Shown here: positions 52,501 through 64,000 of the stretch, one piece after another
Numbering within the stretch: the stretch's first letter is position 1
How the letters are laid out: the number at the start of each line of letters is the position of its first letter
NCBI RefSeq assembly: GCF_001194135.2
Contig: NC_068983.1
Coordinates: 128,498,211 to 128,562,210 of the forward strand
Length of the DNA stretch: 64,000 nucleotides
Reading direction: 5' to 3'
Source: Octopus bimaculoides
Lineage: Eukaryota
Position numbers and translations under genes: made by a program
Notes under the pieces: generated by a model
Seen by the model: only the letters and a program-made list of their open reading frames with translations
The model's database searches: none
Told to the model about the DNA's origin: nothing

Positions 52501-55500
52501 AGTGTTTAATAAGTCTCGTACCTTAATGCTAAGCGCAGAAAAGCAGGTGACTAAAGAAGTAAACCGTAAAGAAACCGTGTGAATGTAATAGAAAGTTGCT
52601 GTTCCATATTTTTCACGAAAAATCATAAATCTTAAACCGTTTGAATGCTGAACTGTGATTACAGTAACCTGTTCAGGAAATGAAACATACAAATTATTAG
52701 TTTATTTAACGAACATATATAAATGCTTATAATTTAGAAGAGACGAAAATGGCGATAACATCACATCGTTGCCGGTCTTGTGTGTAATTTGTGGAGTATC
52801 GAATCTATTGTAATATATCTGTATATTGTTATGGTGGCTGGTATCATGTGAATGTCATGTGGTGACCTTAAGAGTTACAGCCTCCCTGCACACTAATTGT
52901 TGTTGTTGTAAACTCCAATCTAATGAATTTATAATCAAAGTAAGTCATTCTGTGAGCGATTCATCTCATTAGTTGTTGGCCTAATATCACATGGTGGACC
53001 TTATCTAACGTGTGCTTTCACATCATAAAACAATAGCATATGATATGAAGGAGATATAGTTGTTATTTCTAACAAACATATACATACTACTCGAGACACA
53101 TTTTCAATGAACATCATCTGTAAGTATTTCATGCAGCACGTTACTGTGCGTAGAATATCAATTATTTTATATACAGCCACCAGCAGCGACATGTGAATAA
53201 CCCCAATATTTCTCCTGGACGAAGATAGCCGATATATCAAATACTTGCTATACAAATAACTATAAATAACCCTCAGAGAGGATCATCCAACAGGAAGTTT
53301 TCAACTATGCTTTAAGCAAAATCCCGCAAAACATGATTTTTAGATGTGTGCTATAAATATCAATATTTGGAAAATGACATATTTATGGAGAAGCAACAGG
53401 AGATAAATATTACCTATCTTTGTTTTGAGAATGGAGTGATATGAAAGGCAATGTCAGTGTTATGCCAGAAAAAGGGTCCTCTACTTGTTGAATCTTCCGA
53501 AAGAAATAATATATAAATCCCGCTGAAAATTACACTCTACTGCCTTTGAAAAAGTTCCTGTGATTTCCTAATAAACATAATATCTGAAGTACACTCTCAG
53601 AAAAAAGTGCAATTTTTTATTTGGAAGTCAATCGTCTACCGATATATTCGTTGTTACATTTGAGCGTCGTCGTAACTGGTGGATTTTGTAGCATATATAC
53701 TATTTCTAAGAGAAACATGGAGAACGATGAGAACTCAAATATTTGAGTTTTATATCTGGACACATGTAACTGGAACGTAACTGACCATGTGTCTGATTCG
53801 TGTTTGCAATATCACAAAGTAAAAATGTATATATATACGAAATGTATCAAGTTGTAGTATAACTTGACTGGATATGCAATGTTGACGTTTACGAGCACAA
53901 CTTATCCTTAAATTTATTAATCCCATAGTCAACGGCGTTTTAAAAATACAAAAGCTTTTCGTGCGATTCAAATTTGGAAGTTAGACATCATGTTTTGCAT
54001 TTGTCTTCGAAACTGATGCAAGTTGCAGCATTTATACACTTCTTAAAGGAAACATAGATCTTATTACTACTATATTTATATGTCACAACACCAGTAATGT
54101 CATTTCAGTAAACACAAAGATCTTGTTACTTGGTAATGGTGTAAATGTAATTTTCCGTACATTTCACTGAAAAGAAAGGAACAATAAACGTAAATGAGGT
54201 GCAATGAATTACTGTTGCATTATAAGTGCTACGATTCTGTCAAATGTATATATATATATATATATATNNNNNNNNNNNNNNNNNNNNNNNNNNNNNNNNN
54301 NNNNNNNNNNNNNNNNNNNNNNNNNNNNNNNNNNNNNNNNNNNNNNNNNNNNNNNNNNNNNNNNNNNNNTATATATAATGTTTGTTTTCCTTTTGGAGAG
54401 TAAATACCTTACATGTTGAGTAGTCTTAAATGAAAACTATTTCATATACGGAATTTTCTGGTCGTTTCATAGAAAATCTGAGGACGTAAATGAGGTGTAA
54501 ATACCGAATTGGAATCGAAATTATATTGCAACGTCTGCGACTCAGTCTAATTGAAATTCGCTTAATATTTATCTTTCCTTTTGGAGAGAGAGTAAATGCT
54601 ACACATTTGGAGTAAAATGAAATATAATTAAAATATTCTATTATCAATCATTTATAATCGGGAATAATATTATAACGGTATTTCAGAAGTAGCAATTCTG
54701 TAGAATTTGCTAGAAATTAGGAAATAATATCATTCAAAGCTATAAAAACCATTATCTAAATTAAAGTAAATAACAGTAAAAACATTAAAAAAAACGAGTG
54801 AAAATAATGGCAGTATAATCAAGATCTATATTTAGATTGAGATTTAAGAAATAAAAATCGTGCAGAAAACCAACGCTTAAAATATTTAAATAAATAAAAT
54901 AAATGAATATTAATTGAATAATAGCAATGATAATTATTATATTAAATATTCATGATACCGAGACGTTTCATATTAGTGCATAAAATGAATTTTCATCACA
55001 TTTATAAAATATTTTTATACTTATTTTTACCGAAATTCAGAAGAAATATTGATTTCTAATAATTAATGTATTTCAGCTGATTTTCGTTTCTTTAAGATTA
55101 AATATCTAAATTAAAAATGGGAGATAGACAAGCCTTGATCTTTCTTATCTGTCATTCTTATCACAACTGCACAAAAATATTTATATTTTCAATAGGTTCA
55201 ATTAGAGTATGAAACTGCTATCTTAAGCTGCATAGGTTTAAGAAGATAAATCGATAGAAACTATGACGTGAACCACTAAAATTCCATAAAATAGCACATA
55301 TTTTTGTATCCACATCTGAATACGTAATACACTTTCTGTTCGTCTGCCTAACTTTACTCAATTTATATCAATCCATCCTTATATGAATATCAGAGTATAC
55401 TGTTTCATTAAGGGCAGTTTTTGTAGAACACCAGTATGTCCTGATTGTGTTCTGTGTTACAAAATGCGTATTACCACCACTAATATCTATCGATGTTTGT

Positions 55501-56982
55501 GAATTTTATATTCCAGCAAATCTCTTGATTCCGTTCAAGTGTATGTGCATTGTATGAAATTTGGTGACAAGTTGAAATATCATTATGGGATGGGTGAACA
55601 ACGTAGATAGAACCTGTCATACTACTTCTTGAACTTGATAATTCTGACAGTGTGATACCAATGATGTTTTACGAACAGAAATGACATAGTGGCTATAGTC
55701 ATCCTACTTCAAGTAGGTTAAATTTATACTGTGAATGCATATTATTATGAACATGAAATATGTTAGGCATGTCTAACCGATAGTTGTTATTGTTGCTGTT
55801 CAAGCCCTGATCCCCACCGAAAATGGAAATCTATCACCAGAAGCGTTCCAAACGTGAGGTAATGTATCTAAGACTATCTGTGTATGCTGTATACCATTTT
55901 TAATTTAAGAAGAAAAGAAAAAAAACGTATGAGGTTTATATAACTAGATAGATGTTTGCAATATCAACCATATCAAACGATAGCAATGGTAAATAATTTC
56001 TGCACTTGTCTTCCTTTCTTTATATTCTACACCCAACTTCTACTAGTTTTTGTCTTTTGATCAATAAGTACGTAGCTGAGCAGAGTATTTGTAGCATTTT
56101 ACTTACCTGTGCTTTCCTAAAGCTTTTAGATCATTGTTTGTCTCTTTTAAAAGTTTATATCATCTTTGATTCTAAGAAAACTGAGCTCTATTTTCATTCT
56201 CTCACAAAACCGCTTTATCTTTATATACAACATTCAATTCATTGAATTCAATACAGATTAGAGCCACCAAAAACCACTTTTCGTTTCGAAGATTTAGTAA
56301 ACATTTTCGAATTTCTGGGAGATACTTTGGAGTGATCCCTGTGTAAAGCTATTGTGACTTTGATAAACATCTACTGCTAAGTTCTATTGTGCCGTAATGT
56401 TAAATAGACTATCATGCACATCATTAGCTCTGGATGTGAAACTTACTTTCGGTCAACTGGAAGTTATACTTAGATATTTGCATATCCACAATGTGTATTA
56501 TTTCTGGATAGCAAGCACGTACTTCAGTTTTGGCGATTTATTTATTACTGTATTCCTGTGTAGAAAATATTTTGTATTAAATTGATTCTGCATGCATGAA
56601 TACATTGCCAACATTATTCGAGGAAATATGTAGTTAGTGACAGGAAGCTCTTCCACACAGGCATATATTAAGTAATATAAAGGAATGTGATCGTTCATAA
56701 TAAACTAAACACAGCTGTCACATTAAAATTGTCAGCTCAAAATCTCACAACCTCATGTAAAAGATGCGCCCTACAAATGAGAGGTTTGTTTAAAAAACTA
56801 TCGTACTCGACATTATTTTTTCTTGGCGAATGCAGGGAACGGGATTTGAACTCAAAACTCAGATATAATTAACAACGACAGAAGATATATATATATATTT
56901 CTCACTGAACTATACTGTACGGTGCGTAAGTACATATGCACTAACACACTGTACAATATAGTTAAGTAATATATATATAAAC

Positions 56983-57205
56983 AATGTGGTATCAAAATGT
57001 TCCAGGATTAGATATATTTAATAAAAACTAACTTATTTTTACCTAAGTTTCAACACCATCTTCGAAATAATCACTTTTTGGAGTAATACACCGGTCCCAG
57101 GGTCCCTGTCACTTTTGGAATCTGGCCTGGAAATAATTTTCCGGAAGTGTGTCGAGGACGTTGTGCAAGTCACTCTGGATCTCGACAACGGTGCTAAAAC
57201 GGAAT
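56983..57205 (-). mobile_element. Mariner 3' end fragment
   Basis: RFSTVVEIQSDLHNVLDTLPENYFQARFQK*QGPWDRCI...DYFE, followed by TIR-like cctggaacattttgataccac. Confidence 0.8.
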
Positions 57206-57419
57206 ATTGGGTTCAATAGAACCCAATCTGAAAAGCCACCTGAAAACATTTGAGATACCTCACAATGTAGATGTATTGCAAAGATCGGCATTACTTGTAA
57301 CTGCACGCATATTGCGTAAAGTACAATCTGTCTGCGGTCCTTGTTGTGACTTGACAAACACCCGGTAGATACAATATCTTCAATCAATTATCTCGCATTA
57401 TTGTATACTATGCAACGTC
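57206..57419 (+). mobile_element. R4/Dong-like 3' end with (TAA)n tail (57420-57518)
   Basis: LGSIEPNLKSHL...VLQRSALLVTARILRKV, then 3' UTR. Confidence 0.8.
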
Positions 57420-57432
57420 TATAATAATAATA

Positions 57433-57520
<88 letters not shown>

Positions 57521-57534
57521 TATAAAAAGTAATA

Positions 57535-60085
57535 AAATAGACATTACTGCAGCACCAACAGCAGAAGAACTGGAAGAATTCTGGAAACAAATATGGTCGG
57601 TGAAGCAACAACCCCAGAAAAGGACCATTAAAACAAAAGAACTTAGCACCTGAGCAACTCTGGGCTCCTATAACAACTGAAGAGGTCACCCAGACACTGC
57701 AAAGACTAAGCAACTGGAAGGCACCTGGACACAACAAGATCCCCAGCTTCTGGTTAAAACACCTACCAGGAATGCATAAAAAGCTGGCAGAAAACTTTAA
57801 CAACATACTAGCAGAGCCAGAGAAAATACTTGAATGGTTCACGAAAGGGAAAATCATCTTAATCCCCAAATCCACGGAAACAGAGGAACCACAAAACGAT
57901 AGACCTATAAACTGTCTCCCTACGATCTACAAAGCCTTTACTGCAATAATATCGCAGAGATTGAGTAAGCACCTGGAAAATAACAACCTGTTTCCAGAAG
58001 AGCAGAAGGGACGCTGCAATGGCTCATACGGCTGTAAAGATCAATTATTGATCAATAAAGCCATAACTGAAGACAGCCGCAGAAAGAAGAAAGGCCTCAG
58101 TATGGCCTGGGTGAACTACCAAAAGGCTTTCAACAGTGTTCCCCACACGTGGATTCTGGAAACACTAGCCATAAACAAGGTGGCACCAATTATTATAAAA
58201 TACATAATGCACTCAATGAACAAATGGCAGACAGTGCTACAGCTCCAAACAAAAGAGGGACTTGTGAAAACGAAAGCCATCCCCATTAGAAGAGGAATAT
58301 TCCAGGAAGACACGCTCTCTCCACTCCTGTTCTGCCTGGCACTCACACCTTTAACTGAATTGCTAAATAGAACTGGATGCGGTTACAAATGCAACGGGAA
58401 AACAGTCAGCCACCTTCTATATATGGATGACCTAAAATGATATGCTAAAAATGACAAACAGCTAGAAACACTACTATAGACAATACACGGCTTTACCAAG
58501 GAAATAGAAATGAAATTCGGATTACAAAAATGTGCCAAAGCAACCATGAAAAGAGGAAAATTAGTTAAAAGTAGCAATATAACACTAGATAAAGCCAATG
58601 AAATAAGAGAACTAGACGAAAGCCAACCATACAAGTATTTGGGAGTCAATGAACTAGATAGGATACAACATACACAAATGAAAGAAAAAATAAAGAAAGA
58701 GAACTGTAGACGAGTTAGATCAATACTAAAAACAGAGCTCAATGCTAAAAACAAGATAATGGGTATCAACACTTTAGCTGTCCTAGTTATAAGCTACAGC
58801 TACAACATCCTTAACTGGACACTAAACGAACTACCTAAAATAGACAGGANNNNNNNNNNNNNNNNNNNNNNNNNNNNNNNNNNNNNNNNNNNNNNNNNNN
58901 NNNNNNNNNNNNNNNNNNNNNNNNNNNNNNNNNNNNNNNNNNNNNNNNNNNNNNNNNNNNNNNNNNNNNNNNNNNNNNNNNNNNNNNNNNNNNNNNNNNN
59001 NNNNNNNNNNNNNNNNNNNNNNNNNNNNNNNNNNNNNNNNNNNNNNNNNNNNNNNNNNNNNNNNNNNNNNNNNNNNNNNNNNNNNNNNNNNNNNNNNNNN
59101 NNNNNNNNNNNNNNNNNNNNNNNNNNNNNNNNNNNNNNNNNNNNNNNNNNNNNNNNNNNNNNNNNNNNNNNNNNNNNNNNNNNNNNNNNNNNNNNNNNNN
59201 NNNNNNNNNNNNNNNNNNNNNNNNNNNNNNNNNNNNNNNNNNNNNNNNNNNNNNNNNNNNNNNNNNNNNNNNNNNNNNNNNNNNNNNNNNNNNNNNNNNN
59301 NNNNNNNNNNNNNNNNNNNNNNNNNNNNNNNNNNNNNNNNNNNNNNNNNNNNNNNNNNNNNNNNNNNNNNNNNNNNNNNNNNNNNNNNNNNNNNNNNNNN
59401 NNNNNNNNNNNNNNNNNNNNNNNNNNNNNNNNNNNNNNNNNNNNNNNNNNNNNNNNNNNNNNNNNNNNNNNNNNNNNNNNNNNNNNNNNNNNNNNNNNNN
59501 NNNNNNNNNNNNNNNNNNNNNNNNNCAGACACGACAGAGCTGGGACCTATATACACTGGAAGCTATGCCAACACGATGGAATAACAACAGAAAAAAGATG
59601 GTATAAACACACGCCAGAAAAGGTGACAGAAAACGAGAAAGCAACCATACTCTGGGATATGCCAATACACACAGATAGAGAAATTAAGGCAAATAGACCA
59701 GATATAGTTGTCAAAGATCATGAAGTAAAAAAATGCTTTCTAATTGATGACAACGTTTCTCTAAAAGAAATGGAAAAACTTTCAAAATACAAAGACCTGG
59801 AAATAGAGGTAACTCGAATTTGGAATCTAAACACAGAAACAATTCCTATCATAGTAGGTGCCTTAGGTATAATAAAAACATATTCAGACAAATACATAAA
59901 ACAAACACCAGGACTTACAAATATATATAACATACCGAAAATTGCACTACTCGGCACTGCACACATCCTACGCAAAACACTTTCAATACAGTAACCATAA
60001 GAACACCACAGCACATACCCAAGGCGCACAGAGCTGGGCTCGGTAGTGAAGTGAAAGCACGTTATAAAAATAAAACTACTGAACA
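57535..60085 (+). mobile_element. Best-preserved R4/Dong-like non-LTR retrotransposon (5'-truncated), flanked by (TAA)n
   Basis: RT and REL motifs, a 3' UTR at 59995-60085 and an (AAT)n tail. Gap at 58850-59525. Confidence 0.95.
57772..59994 (+). pseudogene. RT-REL polyprotein remnant of the R4/Dong-like element
   Basis: RPINCLPTIYK, EQKG, KDQLLINK, YQKAFNSVPH, GIFQEDTLSPLLF, LYMDDLK, RHD...IHWKLC, RPDIVV and KLSKYKDL. In-frame stops at 58438-58440 and 58477-58479. Confidence 0.92.
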
Positions 60086-60109
60086 ATAATAATAATAATA
60101 ACAATGAAA

Positions 60110-61360
60110 GGAATCATGTAGTGCTTCTACATAACCTGATTAAGGATACATCTATTGATGGTGTCACAATAAAAACACAACATGAAACTTGCTACTTCAT
60201 ATGAGTGACAATGAAAAAAATATTGAGAATTATATTGAGAAACTGAAGCCACTGATGGTGATAGTGTTGCTCCCGGCAGGTTCAGAAATTCTTGTCCGTC
60301 TCCAGCCTGTCGATATCCAGAAAAGACCACCACAAAAGGCGAATATGGAACAAGCAAATTAATGCTGTGGCCATGGAGTGTTACTAACTGAGCAACCCGG
60401 TAGATGATAATGGTGCTCAAATTAGGGGTTACCGACAACGTATGTATGTTCATTGGAGGGAAAGGGATTGTTTCAACTCACGGAACAGATATTATGTGAT
60501 CCAGGTAGAGCAATAAGAAAAAATCGTTGGTTCACAGTCGTAGAGCTCGAAGCTATCAAAAGACGGGTTATGGAAATAGCAGCAGAGATAACGATGAAAA
60601 TACCGTTCTTACTAATAGAAGTAATCTAATAGCACAAGAAAGGAGCAATGGTAGATTAGTTGATGAGAGACATATAGATGATCTAAAAGAAGACAATAAA
60701 AATAATGGTGACATGACAGATGAATGAAAGGTAATCTACGACAGAATAAAAGCAAGACTACAGGAGAAAGATAACGACGTTTTTTGCAACACTTAAAACG
60801 TTGATCAGTGGAAATTGAACCAAGTAACGAAACATGTCAATGAAATTCTGAAATACATTAGAACACCATCACAGAAACAAATAATTTGATCAAGGCAGCA
60901 AGTATTGTTGTAGCAGAAAAGGTAGGTGTTGATGTAAAAAAAAAAAAAAGAAAAGAAATAATGGGAGTGACAAAGGAAAAGATCCATGGTGGAAAAGAAG
61001 AATACAAGTAGGGTTAGATATGCCCTCGAATGAAATTTATGTGTTAGACCGGAAAGAGAAAGGGGAGCATAAAAGTGAACAAATCACTGGGCGCTGAAAA
61101 AGTAGTATGATACTGAAAGAAAGGTCTTCAAAGTCGTAATGGAGGAACTGAAACAGCGTCACGTTGCAAAGAAAACAAAGATGGACATACAACCAAAGAA
61201 TGAAGGTTTACCACTAGAATAGGTTATTCTGAGTAGATCAGAAGAGATTCTATATAGAAATAAATGGAGAGTGTACAGATGAAAACTTGATACCAGATAA
61301 CAATGAAAGTGAAAGGTTTTGGAGTGAAATCTGGAGCAAAGAAAAGAGCAGAAGAAGGAT
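60110..61360 (+). mobile_element. R4/Dong-like 5' region (N-terminal ORF), frameshifted
   Basis: WNKQINAVAMECY.LSNP...[11 protein letters not shown]...[28 protein letters not shown] and SERFWSEIWSKE. Confidence 0.85.
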
Positions 61361-61689
61361 GCTCTGGTCACGCGCATTTACAGGGCTTTTTAGAATTGCT
61401 ATTACAAGCGGAGGGAAAGAAACAAAAGAAGGGTTGGTCACTTACCATTGTCTTCGGTTGGTCCTATTTTGGGGCTTTAAACGGGTCTTTAAACGGGTCT
61501 TCCAATATCCTGTTGTCCAATGTGGGAAACGTTTCCTCAAAAGACCATACATAGTACTTTCTCTTCTAAGGTGTGGTAATAATGAGATCATCAAGACCCC
61601 ATTCCGTTGTCAAAATTTTGTCCTTATTTTTATCAACAAATTCCTTCAATTCCTCGTTCACCTTTCGTAGAATTATGCGATGCAGAGGC

Positions 61690-62000
61690 TCGACCGAGAG
61701 GTGTTGTTCTACAAGATTCGTCTCACGCATTTGAAATTGTCATTTTCGTTATTTTTATTTAGGCTTCCTCTGTTGTAGACACTGTTGTGCCAATCTCTGT
61801 TGCTGAGAATGCTGTTTCAGTTCTTTCTGTTACTGTAGTTGGTTTATCTCTTGTTGATAATGGTTTTTCTCACTTCTTTACCTTTGCTTTTTTTTTTTTA
61901 ATTATTGGTATCTGGTATCACACGCGGAATCCACGCTTACATCATTACTGGTGAGGTTTCTCTAATTTTGCTTTTCTTTTGCCAATTTTAGCCGCTGAAA
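61690..62000 (-). mobile_element. Possible R4/Dong-like pre-RT fragment
   Basis: KELKQHSQQQRLAQQ resembles the EELKQR..AK..RL.RY block. Weak. Confidence 0.35.
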
Positions 62001-62087
62001 TTGTAACTATTGCTTAGCGGCAGGACCGTTCCGAAAACATTCTCCAATATATTTTTCCATCCTTTTACACAATATGACAATCACTTA

Positions 62088-62195
62088 TTTACATTATTTA
62101 CATTCGACGGATATTTGTCCTCATCTTGTTTTTGTTAACACAACGTTTCGGCTGATATATCCTCCATAATTCCTTATCTCTTAAATATAGAACTG
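62088..62195. mobile_element. Short inverted Penelope-type repeat insertion with 15-bp TSD
   Basis: The minus arm ends at 62165 and holds half of the hammerhead (cagccgaaacgttgtgtt). It is joined to the plus tail ataattccttatctcttaaatatagaactg. TSD tatga(c/a)aatcactta at 62073-62087 and 62196-62210. Confidence 0.8.
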
Positions 62196-62559
62196 TATGA
62201 AAATCACTTATCTAACTAGAGGAACTGTAGGAGAATATCTATTTACTTCCTCATGCTCAGTCAGCCCGAGGCACAGTAGTCATCCATGCGTAGATGTCGC
62301 CACTGAATTTGGTTTTTGCAAAGAATCTACAGGTAATAACACCACCACCACCTCCAACACCAACACCAACAAGAACAATAACAATGCCAAATGTCAAACC
62401 AAGACGAGCATCACACGTGACAACTCCATCAACAACAGTAACGAAACCAGCAACGACAATAACGACAATAGTATAATAATCATCAGCAGTAATGAGATCA
62501 ACAATAGTGCTGACTGCTACTACAGTATCAACAGTAATACGTTTTACGTAGGCTGTAAC

Positions 62560-63520
62560 GAGAAAAAACACCCGAAGGAAAAAGTTTACTTCGCAAACAT
62601 AATAAATACATTGGCAACTCATTTCTTGCAAGGGAAAGCAGAGGGAGTTAAAAACTACGAGAAAGATATCATTCGGTTCGGTGTCATGGCACTCCCAGAA
62701 GAGGAAAGGATGTCCACCAAAAATAGATCGACAAGTTCGCATTGAGAGTAAGCTTCTCCATCCATAATAGAAAAATGTCTAAACGAAGTGTGGCCTTTTG
62801 TACGCTACACTTTTCTGTCGAGGAAAGCAATATCGGACCGCGGTAGCTATCTGCAGCAACAAAGTGGCAGCGCACAGGACGGCTACAACGAACTCCTCTT
62901 CTAACTGGTACGTGTTGCTCCCCTATACATGGAATGTCATGAGACTAAGGTCAGGATCTCAGACACACCTCCTCAAAGGGAACAGGCCAGAGTAATGACC
63001 ATGCTAGTGAATCACTTGGATAAAATAAGCATGAAATCAACCCCCAGCAAAGTAGACAGGAATGCAAGAGGAATTCCACATGTCAATTACTCCGGAAGAA
63101 GCCCATGCTATCCAGGTATTTTTCCTATTTCAGAGTAAACCAGCCGATACAGGTGGTCGTGGAGGATAAGGAACGCAGATGTTGCATCTTTGGGAAGACC
63201 TATCATTTAAATGCTTATCGCCCCACTGTGGAGAAATCGAGAAATTTGTCAAACGCTAATCAAATATTCCTAAAGCTAAATTCGTTGCAATCCCGAAGAG
63301 GAAAACAACGATTACCGCAACGTCAAGAAAAGGCGGAGCACAGTTGAAGTCCGACTGACTCCTTGGACATAGAAGGGACATCGGACGACACAAATCCACC
63401 CGAGTGGGTGATCATCGAGCGACCCTTAAAAAAGAAAAAAAGGAGAGTCCTTGAAAATACAACTGTAATCCCTAAATCCCAATTGTCGTGGGCACGAAAC
63501 TGAGAAACCTGGAAAGCACA
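62560..63520 (+). mobile_element. Degenerate gag-like ORF1 of a non-LTR retrotransposon
   Basis: Frameshifted blocks IEKCLNEVWPFV, YMECHETKVRISDTPP and VVVEDKERRCCIFGKTYHLNAYRP (decayed CX2CX4HX4C knuckle), followed by a basic linker. Confidence 0.5.
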
Positions 63521-63589
63521 GGAGCTAATCTCGAAACCAAAGCTACGAGCCAACGATATCAGCAGCAGCAACATCAACAGCATTTGGGC

Positions 63590-63750
63590 CTGAAATTTTG
63601 CGGAAGGGGAAAGTCGATTAAGTTGCTCCCATTGCACACCTGGTGCTTATTTTGTCGGCCCCAAAGGGATGAAAGCAAAAGGTTAACCCTGGAGGCATTT
63701 GAACACATAATGTAAAAACGGCCGAATGCTATTAAGCATTTTGCCTAACT
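63590..63750 (-). mobile_element. SINE family A, decayed
   Basis: ggtgcttattttgtcggccccaaagggatgaaagc...ggcatttgaac is reverse-complement similar to 1095-1310. Confidence 0.7.
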
Positions 63751-64000
63751 ACAACAACAACAACAATAATAATAATCTTCGTCTACACGTGGTATTTGAA
63801 ACGAGATTTTCAATTGATGCAAACACATCGAATCATATTTTCCACAATTTACTGCTTACGAAAAAAATTTAGGAACATATTTATGTTAATATTACCTTTT
63901 CCTTGACCTCAATGTAGCAGGATGTTTTCTTTGTATTGCAAGGGAAACGGAGTTTCTAATAAAATCTATCTTTTAGTATTCTGCTAATTAGTGATATCTT

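Noticed and set aside
50400-53700. Possible piggyBac or other transposase debris
   Set aside because: There are only vague echoes, with no ordered set of motifs or TIRs.
56105-56170. Minus-strand exon-like segment with AG and GTAAGT boundaries
   Set aside because: All three frames of the 65-nt segment contain stops.
60105-60200. HDV-like ribozyme expected at R2/R4 5' ends
   Set aside because: No nested double pseudoknot is discernible by eye here or at 39625-39690. A covariance-model search would be needed.
62197-62745. 182-aa ORF
   Set aside because: It is a chimera of low-complexity AAC repeats and decayed retroelement sequence, not a coherent gene.

Overview
AT-rich, repeat-dense eukaryotic DNA with many N gaps next to microsatellites. 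The SINE families look like those of an octopod cephalopod (my recognition, not a database result). I cannot support any host protein-coding gene, rRNA, true tRNA or CRISPR array. Most listed ORFs are microsatellite translations, read-through of N gaps, or antisense shadows of transposon relics. The window is dominated by about 16 fragments of R4/Dong-like non-LTR retrotransposons (RT, CCHC and restriction-like endonuclease), strung together through trinucleotide microsatellites. It also holds three mariner relics, one clear and one tentative hAT relic, Tx1/L1 and RTE-like fragments, a gag-like ORF1 and three tRNA-derived SINE families. The most notable system is a ~304-nt Penelope-type repeat carrying a minimal hammerhead ribozyme. 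It occurs as three separate inverted (foldback) insertions, each bounded by a target-site duplication (about 26.4-26.9, 48.3-49.0 and 62.1-62.2 kb). One version has a tRNA-like Pol III head. Boundaries of degraded relics are approximate.
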